Positions 7,054 to 18,081 of a stretch of 64,000 nucleotides of DNA are shown one piece after another (positions within the stretch are counted from its first letter, which is position 1; the number at the start of each line of letters is the position of its first letter). This DNA comes from an archaeon. GTDB taxonomy: Archaea > Nanobdellota > Nanobdellia > Woesearchaeales > SM23-78. The notes below the pieces were generated by a model. The model did not search any database. It was not told the origin of the DNA and worked only from the letters and a program-made list of their open reading frames with translations. The stretch is from contig JAZDMG010000030.1 of NCBI GenBank assembly GCA_043801165.1, forward strand, positions 1,025-65,024, read 5' to 3'. The translations under genes and the position numbers were made by a program.

Positions 7054-8526
7054 ATGAAGACGAAAATATCAAGGATCATGTCGACGCAGCACCCGGATAA
7101 CGTCACAATCCCTTTCTTTGCCAATAGCGCGACGATGACAGGGGACGATGAGGTGCAAGAGGCTTTTTACGCTTATTCACATCTGAATGTGGATGAGCAG
7201 CTTTGGGATGTTGAGGGAAAGGAAGTTGATAATTACGTCGTCCAAAAGCTGTTATCAAAATATTCCGAATACTTCAAAGATGTTGTTCTCGGACAAGATA
7301 AGTTCCTGACTCTTCGTGCGCCGAATCCCGCTGTCGAGAAGAGCGAGGCAAAGGTCCTGGGCGAAATAATCTATTCCATCCCTAAGAATCATGACTTGGC
7401 CACGCATTTTTACGGCAAGGATTCAACACCAATCTTTGAGATAGTGCTTCCGATGTGCCAAGATGACAAGCAGTTAGTCAGGGTTCATGATTTCTATGAG
7501 ACTTTCATTAAGAACTCGCAGACTCAAAGAGTAGGAGATACGACATTGTCCTTATGGCTTGGCGAGTTTAAGCCAGCGGAGATAAGAGTCACTCCGCTTT
7601 TTGAGACCAAAGAAGAGATCTTGAATGCACATATTTACGTAAAGAATTATGTCAAGGCAAAGAATATCCGCGACCAGCAGCGCGTCTGGTTCGCGAGGAG
7701 CGACCCTGCTTTGAATTACGGGTCTGTTGCCGCAATCTTGCTTGTCAAGGTTGCGCTTCAAAGGATTCATAAGCTAGAGTCTGAATTAGGAGTGGAGCTT
7801 CTTCCTATCATCGGGATGGGCTCAAGTCCTTTTAGAGGCAACTTTAAGCCGAGCACAGCCAAGCAAATCCTGAAAGGCTATCCTAGCGTGCAGACTTTTA
7901 CGATCCAGTCTGCGTTCAAGTACGATTATCCGCTGAAAGAAGTAGTTGAGGCGATTGATTTTATTAACAAGCAGCCACGAAGCGCTGCTCTCCAGATCAA
8001 TGAGGAAGAGGCGCTCCATTACATCGACGTGATACATGATGATTACGCAGACAGCATCAAGGAGCTGGAGATTCCCGTGAACTCGATGAGCAATTTCATC
8101 CCAAACCGCCGCAAGAGAAAGCTCCATACCGGCTTGTTCGGGTATTCGAGGAACAGCAACGGCGTGAAGCTGCCACGGGCCATCAAGTTCTGCTGTGCGC
8201 TCTATTCCTTTGGACTGCCTCCTGAAGTGCTTGGATTAGCATCCTTGTCAAGAGATGACATCGAGAGGATAAAGCGTGCAGGCTACGCCAACATCGATTA
8301 TGACCTGTCAGAGGCGCTCCAATACCTGAATGTCGACAACCTAGATTATTTCACGCCCAAGATCAAGGAGAAGGTCCTTCGCGTAGCATCTTTATTCAAA
8401 TATGAAGTGAACGAGCCGCACAAGAGAGCGACAAGCCAGATATTAGAATCCTTGAAGAGAAACGACCAGGCATCTGTGAGCGAGTGGATAATAAAGGCGG
8501 CGCACATTAGACGATTCCTAGGATAG
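7054..8526 (+). CDS. ppcA: Phosphoenolpyruvate carboxylase, archaeal type
   Basis: MSTQHPDN, WDVEGKEVD, ARSDPALNYG, PIIGMGSSPFRG, TIQSAFKYD, RKRKLHTGLFGYSR, LPRAIKF, RRFLG. Confidence 0.95.
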   Translation: MKTKISRIMSTQHPDNVTIPFFANSATMTGDDEVQEAFYAYSHLNVDEQLWDVEGKEVDNYVVQKLLSKYSEYFKDVVLGQDKFLTLRAPNPAVEKSEAKVLGEIIYSIPKNHDLATHFYGKDSTPIFEIVLPMCQDDKQLVRVHDFYETFIKNSQTQRVGDTTLSLWLGEFKPAEIRVTPLFETKEEILNAHIYVKNYVKAKNIRDQQRVWFARSDPALNYGSVAAILLVKVALQRIHKLESELGVELLPIIGMGSSPFRGNFKPSTAKQILKGYPSVQTFTIQSAFKYDYPLKEVVEAIDFINKQPRSAALQINEEEALHYIDVIHDDYADSIKELEIPVNSMSNFIPNRRKRKLHTGLFGYSRNSNGVKLPRAIKFCCALYSFGLPPEVLGLASLSRDDIERIKRAGYANIDYDLSEALQYLNVDNLDYFTPKIKEKVLRVASLFKYEVNEPHKRATSQILESLKRNDQASVSEWIIKAAHIRRFLG

Positions 8527-8569
8527 ATAGGATATATGTCTATTATTCATCTCATACTATTCAGAATTA

Positions 8570-11551
8570 TTAATTATTCTTCAGCGCAGGAGCATCCTGC
8601 GGCAGGTCGCCGTTATTGCCGCTTTCTATCTTTGTCACAGCAACAACCTTGTCGCCCTGCTCAAGCTTCATTATGCGGACGCCCTGGGTGTTCCTTCCTA
8701 TGACATTGATGTTCTTCGCAGGCACCCTGATGATTATTCCGTTCTTTGAGACCAGCATGATGTCAAATTCATCGGTTATGGCATTGACGCTCACCACCTC
8801 GCCATTCCTCTCGCTGCAGATGATGTTCTTCACTCCCTTGCCGCCCCTGTTGATGAACCTGTACTCATCAAGGCTGCTTCTCTTGCCAAAGCCGTTCTCG
8901 GTCACAGTGAGGACGCTCTCCTTGTCATTGGCTATGATCATGCCGATGACCTCATCCTTGTCCTCGAGCCTTATGCCCCTGACTCCGATCCCAGACCTGC
9001 CTACGCAGCGCACATCCTCCTCTGAGAACTTCACTGCCTGGCCTTTCTTTGTGGCTATGAGCATCTGCTGCTTGCCGTCTGTCAGGGCAACATCAATGAC
9101 CTCGTCCTTGTCGTTGAGGCTTATGGCTATTATGCCTCCCTGGCGCGGATTGCTGTACTCCTCGAGCTTGGTCTTCTTGGCAAGGCCTTGCTTTGTGGCG
9201 AATATGAGATAATGCTTGTCATCGAATTCTGTGATGGGGATGACTGCCTGTATCTTCTCATTAGGCTCTATCCTCACCAGGTTGATGATTGGCTTTCCCT
9301 TGCTCATCCTTGCGGCTTCGGGTATCTCATAGACATTCAGCCAGTGGACCTTGCCATTGTCTGTGAAAACGAGAAGATATGAGTGGGTGTTGGCTATGAA
9401 CAGGTGCTCAAGGACATCCTCGTCCTTTGTGGTGGCCCCTATCACTCCTCTTCCACCTCTGCGCTGGGTCTTGTAGGCGTCCAACGGCTGCCTCTTGATA
9501 TAGCCGGCATGGCTTATGGTTATGACGTTGTCCTCTGGCTTGACAAGATCCTTCATCTCAATCTCCTCGCCAGCAGCATCCTCTATCATGGTCTTTCGCT
9601 CATCGCCATACTTTTGCATGAGCTCCTTCATCTCGTCCCTGATGATGTGGAATATCTTTTTCTCGTCGCTGAGTATATCCTTGAGCCTCTTTATCAGCTC
9701 GATGAGCTCCCTGTGCTCGTCTTTTATCTTCTGCTGCTCAAGGCCTGTGAGGCGCTGGAGCTTCATGTCAAGGATTGCTTGGCTCTGGATCTCTGTGAGT
9801 TTGTAGCTTTCGATGAGTCCTTTCTTTGCCACCGCCGGGTCCTTTGATGACTTGATGAGCTTGATCATGGGATCAAGATGCTCCAACGCGATCAAGAGCC
9901 CCAAGAGTATGTGATCCCGCTCCTCTGATTTTCGCAGGTCAAACTCAGTCCTCTTGCGGACGACCTTCTGCCTGTGATGCAGGAAATGCGTGAGAAGCTC
10001 CTTGATGTTCATGGTTCGCGGCTGGTTGTCCTGCAATGCCAGCATTATCGCCCCGAAAGTCGAATGAAGCCTTGTGTGCTTGAAGAGCTGGTTCTTCACC
10101 ACCTCGACATTTGACCCTTTCTTGAGCTCAAGCACTATGCGCATGCCTTTCCTGTCGCTCTCATCCCTTATGTCAGAGATGCCTTGGATGATCTTGTCGT
10201 TCACGCACTGGGCCATCTGCTCGATGAGGATCGATTTGTTGAGCTGGTAGGGTATCTCCTTGACTATGATGCTCTGCCTGTCCTTCTTCTCTTCGACCTC
10301 GAGCTTTGCCACTATGTCGATGCTGCCGCGGCCATAGGTGTAGGTCTCGATGATGCCATGCCTTCCGACTATTGTTCCGCCTGTGGGAAAGTCAGGCCCC
10401 TTGATTATCTTGATGATGTCCCTGATCTCCAGCTCAGGCTTCTCTATGAGCTCTACGACCGCCTGGCACACCTCGTTGATGTTATGCGGTGGTATGTTGG
10501 TGGCCATGCCTACTGCTATGCCGCTGCTCCCGTTGATCAGGAGATTGGGGATCTTGCTGGGCAGGACAACAGGCTCCTGCAGGCTGCCGTCGAAGTTATC
10601 GACGAAATCAACAGTCTCCTTGTCGATGTCCATGAGCATCTCGTCGCTGATCCTGGCAAGCTTTGCTTCAGTATATCTCATATGAGCTTGGTTATCGCCG
10701 TCGACTGAGTTGTGCACAAAGATTCCTGCTGCGAGAGCGAAGTTATGAGTCTTGTCTACAGTAAGATCATATACGTCTTCGGTGTAATTTAGAACTTCAG
10801 TGCTCATTACTTTGTGGTTATTGCAGGCATCATCCGCCGGTTCAGCAACTTCTTTTGTAGAAATCCTTGTATATAAAGGCATCAATGAATCTCCCTTATT
10901 TAGGTGTTGTGCTTCCTTGTATTGTCCGTTCCTAAGCATGAACCTATGGTTTAATGTGCACTTAATCTCAGAGCCGTCATCTAAGATGATTTTAATTATC
11001 TTCGCATCTTTAATCGTGAGCCTGGGGGTTATTATCTTTGCGATCTTTATTTTTCCAGTGTCTACCGTGAATGTATAGTTCTCCTTTCCAGAAGCATGCT
11101 CTTTTATTAGCTCCCCGAAAGACAGCTTTCTTCCGTCGGCAAGCGCTACTTCAGTGTCTTTTGTGAAGCAACCGAAGTTTCCCTGTCCTATGACTAGAGG
11201 ATATCTGAGCGAGAAATCCTGCGCCATCCTGACCATGGAATCATATACTGCCATGTCTCCGTGAGGATGATATTTTCCAAGGCAGTCCCCGACGATTCTT
11301 GCACTTTTTTTCGTCTGAGCAGTGTGTCTCAGACCAAGCTCATTCATCGAAAAAAGAATCCTTCTGTGGACCGGTTTGAGGCCGTCCCTGACATCGGGCA
11401 GTGCCCTGCCGATTATGACGCTCATGGCATAGTCCAGGTAGGAGGCCTTCATCTCGTCATCGATTATGGTCGTGACTATCTTCTGCGCGATTTTCGGCTC
11501 CTTATTTTCAGGGCCTTTTTCAGCTTGCTCCTCTGGCTTTTTTGGCGTCAT
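8570..11551 (-). CDS. gyrA: DNA gyrase subunit A, intein-containing
   Basis: [22 protein letters not shown], catalytic [14 protein letters not shown], GyrA-box QRRGGRG, C-terminal pinwheel repeats. Confidence 0.97.
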   Translation of the reverse strand: MTPKKPEEQAEKGPENKEPKIAQKIVTTIIDDEMKASYLDYAMSVIIGRALPDVRDGLKPVHRRILFSMNELGLRHTAQTKKSARIVGDCLGKYHPHGDMAVYDSMVRMAQDFSLRYPLVIGQGNFGCFTKDTEVALADGRKLSFGELIKEHASGKENYTFTVDTGKIKIAKIITPRLTIKDAKIIKIILDDGSEIKCTLNHRFMLRNGQYKEAQHLNKGDSLMPLYTRISTKEVAEPADDACNNHKVMSTEVLNYTEDVYDLTVDKTHNFALAAGIFVHNSVDGDNQAHMRYTEAKLARISDEMLMDIDKETVDFVDNFDGSLQEPVVLPSKIPNLLINGSSGIAVGMATNIPPHNINEVCQAVVELIEKPELEIRDIIKIIKGPDFPTGGTIVGRHGIIETYTYGRGSIDIVAKLEVEEKKDRQSIIVKEIPYQLNKSILIEQMAQCVNDKIIQGISDIRDESDRKGMRIVLELKKGSNVEVVKNQLFKHTRLHSTFGAIMLALQDNQPRTMNIKELLTHFLHHRQKVVRKRTEFDLRKSEERDHILLGLLIALEHLDPMIKLIKSSKDPAVAKKGLIESYKLTEIQSQAILDMKLQRLTGLEQQKIKDEHRELIELIKRLKDILSDEKKIFHIIRDEMKELMQKYGDERKTMIEDAAGEEIEMKDLVKPEDNVITISHAGYIKRQPLDAYKTQRRGGRGVIGATTKDEDVLEHLFIANTHSYLLVFTDNGKVHWLNVYEIPEAARMSKGKPIINLVRIEPNEKIQAVIPITEFDDKHYLIFATKQGLAKKTKLEEYSNPRQGGIIAISLNDKDEVIDVALTDGKQQMLIATKKGQAVKFSEEDVRCVGRSGIGVRGIRLEDKDEVIGMIIANDKESVLTVTENGFGKRSSLDEYRFINRGGKGVKNIICSERNGEVVSVNAITDEFDIMLVSKNGIIIRVPAKNINVIGRNTQGVRIMKLEQGDKVVAVTKIESGNNGDLPQDAPALKNN
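10709..11170 (-). mobile_element. Mini-intein (154 aa, no endonuclease) in GyrA
   Basis: GQGNFG|CFTKDTEV...CTLNHRF...[22 protein letters not shown]|SVDGD; removal restores GNFGSVDGD. Confidence 0.95.
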
Positions 11552-11692
11552 TTATCGTCGGTAGAACGGAAGTTTTGGCGATTTATAAGTGTTGTGATTC
11601 TCATGATTAGTTTCCTTATGGAAAGTAAATTGCTATTTTAGGCGTTTTTTCGGGAAAAATAACGACAAGCGCGCCTAATCGCAATGTTCATC

Positions 11693-11896
11693 CTACTTCG
11701 GCGCGGTCGATGAAAAAGTTGAAGATAGCGTAAACGGTTTCTTTTCAACAACCTGCTTCACGATCCTGTCCTTTTGCGATGAGTGTATCACGAAGCTATG
11801 GCCGCAGTAGACGCAGCGCTTGACGCTGCCGAGAACTACCTTCGGGTTGGTCTTCTGCCGGTTGCCGCATTTTGGGCACATCACCAATAGCATCAT
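11693..11896 (-). CDS. Small zinc-ribbon protein
   Basis: CPKC...CVYC in 67 aa. Confidence 0.65.
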   Translation of the reverse strand: MMLLVMCPKCGNRQKTNPKVVLGSVKRCVYCGHSFVIHSSQKDRIVKQVVEKKPFTLSSTFSSTAPK

Positions 11897-11949
11897 GCTC
11901 CTGAGAATATCATCTGCTGTTTATAAGCTCTACGCCAAGCTGTCCAGTG

Positions 11950-13851
11950 CTATCCTGCGCCCAGGACTCCCTTGAACAGGACGATGTTCACTGCGATATA
12001 GCCCCCGAACAGCAGCACAGAGTAGATGAAGAATCCTATCATGTTGGATTTCAGGTTCTTCATTGTCTGGAAGAAGTCGCTGCCGATGCTTATCTGGGTC
12101 TGGAACAAAGACAATACAAAGATCATCTCCAGCAGGTAAACTCCGACCACTGCTGCTATGAATGTCGGGGGAACGACCTTTGAGGCATCTATTAGGTTGA
12201 GCTCGACAGTCTCTCCTCCGAACAGTGCAGATATCTTTGTGAGCTGCTCTGTGATGAAGACTATGGACTTCAGGATCGCGAAGGTCATGACGACCGCGGC
12301 CGCGCAGAGCATCGGCGCAAGGAAGGTTATGCTGACACTTATGAGGCCGACGGTGTCTGCCAGCAGGGTCTTGACATAGTCATCCAGCTTATACGTATCT
12401 ATCACCTGCCTCCTTATGGTCCTCGCGGCCTTTGCTGCGCTCTCCTGGGAGACTGTCTCGAATGTGACTATCTGCTCGATCACAGTGCAGACCTTTGAGG
12501 AAGGGATAAGCTTCTTTATCTGGGTCTTTATTATTGTCACAAGGGTGTCCTTGCTCGTGATGAGAAGATGCTTTATCCCCTTGAAGCCCTTGATGGCAGG
12601 ATGGTCCTTGAACCCAAGGGTCTCATAGTCATCTATCACTCCGTCGATGACTTTCTCGAATGGCGTGTTGAGCGCGAAATACGTAGAGAAGCTTTGGAGT
12701 ATGAAAGGCAGGTCCATCTCTACGTCCCGTATCTTTTCCCAGAGGGCATCGTATTTCTTGACATAGATGGTGGCGTAGATGTAGGAAGCTATCGCCATGC
12801 CCGCCCCTCCAAGCCAGGCAAGGAAGAAGTAGAACAGCGAGTCGATGTTCGGCATGGCCTTTGTTATCACCGCGTTCATTGTTATCAGCGTAGGGATGCC
12901 TATTACCACTGCCATCCCTATGCATATGTATAGGTATGCTTTCTTCAGCGGCTTGTATTCGCTGGATTCCCTGAGCCTTATGGTGTCTATCTGTATCCTC
13001 TTTGATGCGAATGAAAGCGCTGCCACCAAGACTATTGTCGGGAAGAACACGATGTAGAGGAATGCTATGGTCGAAGGCTTGACCACCTGGGGCATGAACA
13101 CAGCCATTATGGGCAGCACCAGCAGTGAGAGCACCGGCATCAGGATTCCTCCTGTGATCAGCATGTTGGCGTTCTTAGAAAGGTCCTCGGCTGCTCTCTT
13201 ACCCATGGTAGAATAGTTGACCATCAGGGTCTCGATGGTCTCTGCGATCAGGATCTCCCGCTCTTTCTCGCTCGAGAAAGAGGCTATCTGCAGCAGCCTG
13301 ATTGATTTCACGAAATAAGGGTTTGCCTTGTTCCAGATATCAACATACTTCTTGAGCGCGCTTCCGAGTTCGCTGACAACCCTTCTCTTCAATGAGTTGT
13401 TTATGTCCTCGAACTGCTTCTTAAGAATGCCTGTCAGGTTCTTCTCTGTCTCAAGGAAGGCTGATTCCATGCTCACTCCCATCTGGGTGTAGGTGCTGAG
13501 ATGCAGCACTGCCCTCAGCATCTCCTCGCTGTACTCCATCATCTGATGGGTGTAGTAGATGTTGAAGGGATAGAGCGAGAGCATGAGCGCTGATATCATT
13601 CCAAGGAATATCAGTGATGTATAGAAGAAATGCGAGAGCTGGCCGAGTATTGTGCCCAGCACCAGGAAGAACACGAATGTGACCAGAGAGCTCATCAGCA
13701 CGTCTTTGGCAGAATATTTGAAGAAGGTGAACTTGAGCTTATCATCCAATGATTTTATCTCTAGCTTCAATGGTATGGCTGCCCCTAGTTCATATATCTG
13801 ATAGAAATTAAGATTCATTGTCGGATTCTGCCCCTTGTCCTGTTGTTTCAT
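11950..13851 (-). CDS. Type IV pilus membrane platform protein (TadB/C, ArlJ, GspF-like)
   Basis: Polytopic 633-aa protein with two cytoplasmic helical domains, overlapping the pilus ATPase gene. Confidence 0.8.
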   Translation of the reverse strand: MKQQDKGQNPTMNLNFYQIYELGAAIPLKLEIKSLDDKLKFTFFKYSAKDVLMSSLVTFVFFLVLGTILGQLSHFFYTSLIFLGMISALMLSLYPFNIYYTHQMMEYSEEMLRAVLHLSTYTQMGVSMESAFLETEKNLTGILKKQFEDINNSLKRRVVSELGSALKKYVDIWNKANPYFVKSIRLLQIASFSSEKEREILIAETIETLMVNYSTMGKRAAEDLSKNANMLITGGILMPVLSLLVLPIMAVFMPQVVKPSTIAFLYIVFFPTIVLVAALSFASKRIQIDTIRLRESSEYKPLKKAYLYICIGMAVVIGIPTLITMNAVITKAMPNIDSLFYFFLAWLGGAGMAIASYIYATIYVKKYDALWEKIRDVEMDLPFILQSFSTYFALNTPFEKVIDGVIDDYETLGFKDHPAIKGFKGIKHLLITSKDTLVTIIKTQIKKLIPSSKVCTVIEQIVTFETVSQESAAKAARTIRRQVIDTYKLDDYVKTLLADTVGLISVSITFLAPMLCAAAVVMTFAILKSIVFITEQLTKISALFGGETVELNLIDASKVVPPTFIAAVVGVYLLEMIFVLSLFQTQISIGSDFFQTMKNLKSNMIGFFIYSVLLFGGYIAVNIVLFKGVLGAG

Positions 13852-15586
13852 TCTTCTCTTCTATGTTGAGCAGGTCCCTGAGCTCTTCCTCGAATCTCCT
13901 CTTGAACTCTGTCTCGCGCTCCGGCGACTGCAATGGGTTGAGCTCCTTGAGCAGCTTCATGAATAGGTTGTTGGCGTCTGAGACAAACGAAGCCTCTAGC
14001 ATGTCTGTCTTGTCTTTCGCAAAGCTCAGGTGCAGGCTCTTTGCCCAGGTCCTTAGCATGATGTCCCTGAGGATGTCGTCGTATGACTTGTAGTCTGTCC
14101 TTGTCAGTATGTTCTTAAGAGTGACTGATTTTCCTTTGAGCAATATCTCTGTCGGCTCAAGCATGTCTGTCTGTGGGTTGTAGATGAACAGGTCCTGGAA
14201 CTCCGGCTTGTCTTCCCATTCCTTGAGCACTTCTGTGACCTGCACCACTCTTCTTTTCCTGACCAGCGCAGAAGGGTCCTTGATCAGGTTCTGGATGATT
14301 ATCACGTCTGTCGCCTTGAAAGAGCCCTTCGGCACACCAAGGTCATTGACTACCCTGTCATATACTCCGTAGGGAGTGTCTGCGTGTATTGTTCCAGCGA
14401 CTACGTTGCTCATGGCGCCGACTCTCATGGCTTCATAGAGCACCTTTGCCTCTACGCTCCTGACTTCTCCTATTATGAGAGCTGAATCTCCTAATCTCAG
14501 GGAGGTCCTTAGCCCTTTGTCGAACGGCATCTCCATTCCGCCTTCCATCAATGCAGACCTTACCTTGAATGGCAGGATGTCATAGCCCAGCTCCTTGTAC
14601 TCATAGATAGGCAGCTCCTGGGTATCTTCTATCGTCAGGATCCTGTATTTCTGGAGAATCTCCAGTATGAGCGAACCAAGCAGGGATGTCTTTCCGCTTC
14701 CTCTAGGCCCTGCTGTCAGGAATGATCTTCCATGGGAGATTATGAGGTTCATGAAGCCAGAGAACATAGGGCTGACTGCCTTGTTCTGTATCATGAGCAG
14801 CTGGGTCCAGGGATGCTCCCTGTGCTTCCTGATGGAGTAGCCTGTGCCAAAGATCGAGAACGGAGGGATTATGCCTGCGACTCTTGCCTTGACATCTCCT
14901 ATCTCTATCTCTCCGTCTATCTGCGGCTGGGCCTTGTTTAGCGGCCTTCCAGTCGACACCTTGAGCCTTGTGGCGAGATAGTTAAGGAGGTCATCGCTGG
15001 CATAGATGTTGGATGTGCATTCCTGGTATTTTGCATGCACGATCCTGAAGCTGGTCTTATAGGCAGGGGGATTCACGTTGATCTCCAGGATGTTGTCGTC
15101 GAAGAGCAGGTGCTCGAGTATGCCGTAGTCCTGATACCATCTCTGGACATAATTGTCGTATAGGTCTCCTGTCTCCTTGAACATATCAACAAGCGTGTGC
15201 ATGGCAAAGAGCTCATTGAACTTCATGTTCATCTCAGGTATGAGTATGGTGTAGATGTAATGGGTGCCCTTGGCATCAAGGTATATGTTCACCCTTGCGC
15301 CGGTCCTGAGCGTGTAGCTCTCCATGAACACCGCATCCTCTGGTATTATCGAGAGCCTGACGTCGATGAAGAACGGCTCCACCGATAGCAGGCGGAGCTT
15401 AGAATCATATTCCTTTGTGAAGTATTTTGTCTTTAGCCTGAGGCGGTCGAACTTGATGTGCTTTATCCTCTCCTTTATCACGGGGTTGAACTGCGGAGAG
15501 GCTGGAAAGATCCCTTCCTGCTCACAGTTTATCTCCTCTACGTTATGATAATCTCCTTCAGACAATCCACACCTCTTTTTATACAT
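13808..15586 (-). CDS. Type IV pilus assembly ATPase (TadA/CpaF/ArlI family)
   Basis: YGILEHLLFDDNILEI, Walker A GPRGSGKT, Asp box TIEDTQEL, Walker B IIGEVR, GTIHA. Confidence 0.92.
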   Translation of the reverse strand: MYKKRCGLSEGDYHNVEEINCEQEGIFPASPQFNPVIKERIKHIKFDRLRLKTKYFTKEYDSKLRLLSVEPFFIDVRLSIIPEDAVFMESYTLRTGARVNIYLDAKGTHYIYTILIPEMNMKFNELFAMHTLVDMFKETGDLYDNYVQRWYQDYGILEHLLFDDNILEINVNPPAYKTSFRIVHAKYQECTSNIYASDDLLNYLATRLKVSTGRPLNKAQPQIDGEIEIGDVKARVAGIIPPFSIFGTGYSIRKHREHPWTQLLMIQNKAVSPMFSGFMNLIISHGRSFLTAGPRGSGKTSLLGSLILEILQKYRILTIEDTQELPIYEYKELGYDILPFKVRSALMEGGMEMPFDKGLRTSLRLGDSALIIGEVRSVEAKVLYEAMRVGAMSNVVAGTIHADTPYGVYDRVVNDLGVPKGSFKATDVIIIQNLIKDPSALVRKRRVVQVTEVLKEWEDKPEFQDLFIYNPQTDMLEPTEILLKGKSVTLKNILTRTDYKSYDDILRDIMLRTWAKSLHLSFAKDKTDMLEASFVSDANNLFMKLLKELNPLQSPERETEFKRRFEEELRDLLNIEEKNETTGQGAESDNES

Positions 15587-15723
15587 CCCTTTTGTTCTTC
15601 ATATTAAATTCTTTTCGTTTTTTTGTCCGAGGTGAGGCGGCTCGCTTTCCGAACAGGATATTTCGTTCTCTATGCTGGAGTGGTTAACAAACTTTTTATA
15701 TTGTCGAATGAGTCAGGACAATA

Positions 15724-16341
15724 ATGTTGAATCTTAATAACCCCAAAGTAGCTAATGTTATAAAACCTGAGTTCGTATCAAAGCTCTCCAAAGAGAAGAA
15801 GGATGACATCCGCTCTGTGCTTGAGGCTCTCACTACCACGATAGAGACCATCAACGAGCGGTTGGCCAGGGGAGCTGGTCGGGACCAGGACAGCGCTGCT
15901 GCCGCCTATATGCAGCGCCTGAATTCATCGCTGCAATACGTCTATCAGGTGCTGACTTCCTACAAGAAGGACCAGGAGTCAATGAAGTCAGGCATCTCTG
16001 AACTGAAAGCTTCTGTCAACAAGTCAGTCACAGAGGCGGCCCAGATATTCATGGTAGAGACCAGGAAGATGCTGCAGTCAGCCAACCTGATAGAGCCTGA
16101 CAAGCCAGCGACAGCAGCCCAGGCTGCCAAGCCGGCCGATAAGCCGGTGCGCCTGTTCGGCGAAGAGTCATCATCGATAAAATTCATGCTTGACTTCGAG
16201 AAGAGGCTGCAGCAGGTCATCCTCATCAATACAGAGGAGGTAGAGCTCTTCAGGAAGCAGAACAAGTATCTCCAGTCAAGGCTTGAAAGCATAGAGCAGA
16301 AGCTTGATGCCATATTGGGCAAGAGCCAGAAGAGCAAGTGA
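15724..16341 (+). CDS. Coiled-coil hypothetical protein, divergent from pilus ATPase
   Basis: 205 aa, heptad-like helical composition. Confidence 0.75.
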   Translation: MLNLNNPKVANVIKPEFVSKLSKEKKDDIRSVLEALTTTIETINERLARGAGRDQDSAAAAYMQRLNSSLQYVYQVLTSYKKDQESMKSGISELKASVNKSVTEAAQIFMVETRKMLQSANLIEPDKPATAAQAAKPADKPVRLFGEESSSIKFMLDFEKRLQQVILINTEEVELFRKQNKYLQSRLESIEQKLDAILGKSQKSK

Positions 16342-16346
16342 GTATT

Positions 16347-16430
16347 ATGGGAAATTTCGCAAAATTTCTCATTCCAAAAACCGCTCGATAAAAAACTCAG
16401 CCTTTAGGTCGCAGGATTAGTGCGGTTTTT
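16347..16430. terminator. Inverted repeats between convergent genes
   Basis: atgggaaattt-cgca-aaatttctcat and aaaaaccgc...gcggttttt. Confidence 0.4.
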
Positions 16431-16437
16431 GTTATTT

Positions 16438-16845
16438 CTATCCTTTGCATTCTACTGTGAACTTATCAGAGTTCTTGAGGAAGAAGCATTGGTAGTTATG
16501 CGATGAGAACATCTTCGCAGCCTCTGGCGTCGAAAGGTTCAGGATATAATCCTGTGTGAATTGGCAGTCGCAGCGCCTGCAGCTCTTCTTCCCGAATACC
16601 TCAATACAGATGAAGTCCTCGGAGGCGGTCAGCACGCTCTCAGAGGAGAGCCTTGCGTTGACAGGCAGATAGGTGTCGTCAGGCATCTTGCACATCTTGT
16701 TGCACATCAGCATAAGGTCTCCCAGGCTCTGGTCGACAGAAAGCCTCTTGTCCTCAAGCTGGTTGTTCCTTATGAAGCCGAAGAGCACTCCTATTGTTAT
16801 CAGCACAGAGATGATTCCTACCAAGATCCAGACAGTCTCTTCCAT
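16438..16845 (-). CDS. Pilin-like protein (no basic leader)
   Basis: N-terminal MEETVWILVGIISVLITIGVLF helix followed by a Cys-containing globular domain. Confidence 0.65.
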   Translation of the reverse strand: MEETVWILVGIISVLITIGVLFGFIRNNQLEDKRLSVDQSLGDLMLMCNKMCKMPDDTYLPVNARLSSESVLTASEDFICIEVFGKKSCRRCDCQFTQDYILNLSTPEAAKMFSSHNYQCFFLKNSDKFTVECKG

Positions 16846-16918
16846 TATTCCACTCTATAAAAATGATGATAAAAAGATGAAAATAATAAAAAGATAAAGA
16901 ATATTCAGAATGCTCTGC

Positions 16919-17488
16919 TCACGGGAATCCTGCGAGAGTGTACCACATGGTTGTGCCGTTGGTCGCTGTGCAGACTCCTTTCTTGATGTTGGCTGTCATC
17001 ATCGTGGCGACATCAATTCCCTGGGTGGTCCAGTAATCCGTCAGTATCAGCTTGCACTCCCTGCCATTGAGTTGCCTTCCGCAGCAGTCGCTTGTAAGGA
17101 TGAAGCAGGGCACTGCATCCTCGCAAACCCCGATGCCCGCCAGCTGCGTCGTATCAAGATCCTTCATCCCATTATTGTTGAAGTCAAGATAATCAGGCGC
17201 TTTGATGGCATTGCTGCCGTAGGCTATGCAAAGGCTTGCCAGGCTCTTGAGCGAGCATCCGTCATTCGATGCCTCTGTGCACTTGTCCTTACAGTAGAGC
17301 ACCGCCGTCTCCTTGAGCTCCTGCAGCTTCCTCTCCTGCTCAATCTTTCCCAGCTTGTTCTTCTGCTCAGTGATCTGGTTCTGGAACAGCTTGAGCATGA
17401 CCAATGATACTGCCAGGATCACGAACAAGGCCACGAATATCTCGATGGGCTTCTCAGTCCCTCTCTTGCCATAAAATATGCTCTTCAT
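16919..17488 (-). CDS. Pilin-like protein with class III signal peptide
   Basis: GKRG|TEKPIEIFVALFVILAV; Cys-rich domain with DFNNNG loop. Confidence 0.75.
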   Translation of the reverse strand: MKSIFYGKRGTEKPIEIFVALFVILAVSLVMLKLFQNQITEQKNKLGKIEQERKLQELKETAVLYCKDKCTEASNDGCSLKSLASLCIAYGSNAIKAPDYLDFNNNGMKDLDTTQLAGIGVCEDAVPCFILTSDCCGRQLNGRECKLILTDYWTTQGIDVATMMTANIKKGVCTATNGTTMWYTLAGFP

Positions 17489-17512
17489 AAGACACGCACC
17501 TCTTATTTTTTT

Positions 17513-17902
17513 TTATTTCTCAAAAACAATCTTTCCTAAAGGATCGTAATATATGAACACAGCAGTCGCTCCGCCGCCCGAATTATCCTCGATGGTGAAA
17601 TCCCTGCCGTCTGCTGTGAATGAGCTCTGGGAAGGCGTTGAGCTTCCTCCTCCTGTTTTGACAACAAAGCAGAGATCCCTATCAACCTTTCCCTGGCTGT
17701 CCTTTGCGCACTGCACAGCAAGGTCATAGAACAGGGTCGGTCCGCTGCCGGCAACAATCTTAGTCCCCAGGTCATCATCAGGGCCAATCTTATTAACATT
17801 GTCTTTGCTCTTGATAAGCACCTCTCTTGAGAAGGATATCACTGCCACAGCCACGATTATGCAGACGAAAAGGGTTATCATGACAGCTATCGGCATTTCC
17901 AT
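17513..17902 (-). CDS. Pilin-like protein (no basic leader)
   Basis: MEMPIAVMITLFVCIIVAVAV resembles the mature N-terminus of the neighbouring pilin; in-frame stop just upstream. Confidence 0.65.
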   Translation of the reverse strand: MEMPIAVMITLFVCIIVAVAVISFSREVLIKSKDNVNKIGPDDDLGTKIVAGSGPTLFYDLAVQCAKDSQGKVDRDLCFVVKTGGGSSTPSQSSFTADGRDFTIEDNSGGGATAVFIYYDPLGKIVFEK

Positions 17903-18081
17903 GTTGGTTCAGTCTATTTTCAGGCATTGGTATTCATCAAAAATCGATATTGGCGATTTTTGGGGAATACATTGGCTCTTGAGCCAATGATATTTATATG
18001 TTTTTCCATGGGAACAGGACCCTGGCATCGAAGCGAAAGAATTAAATAACCAGGATGCCGAGAAATTGATGAGGTGGAAGA

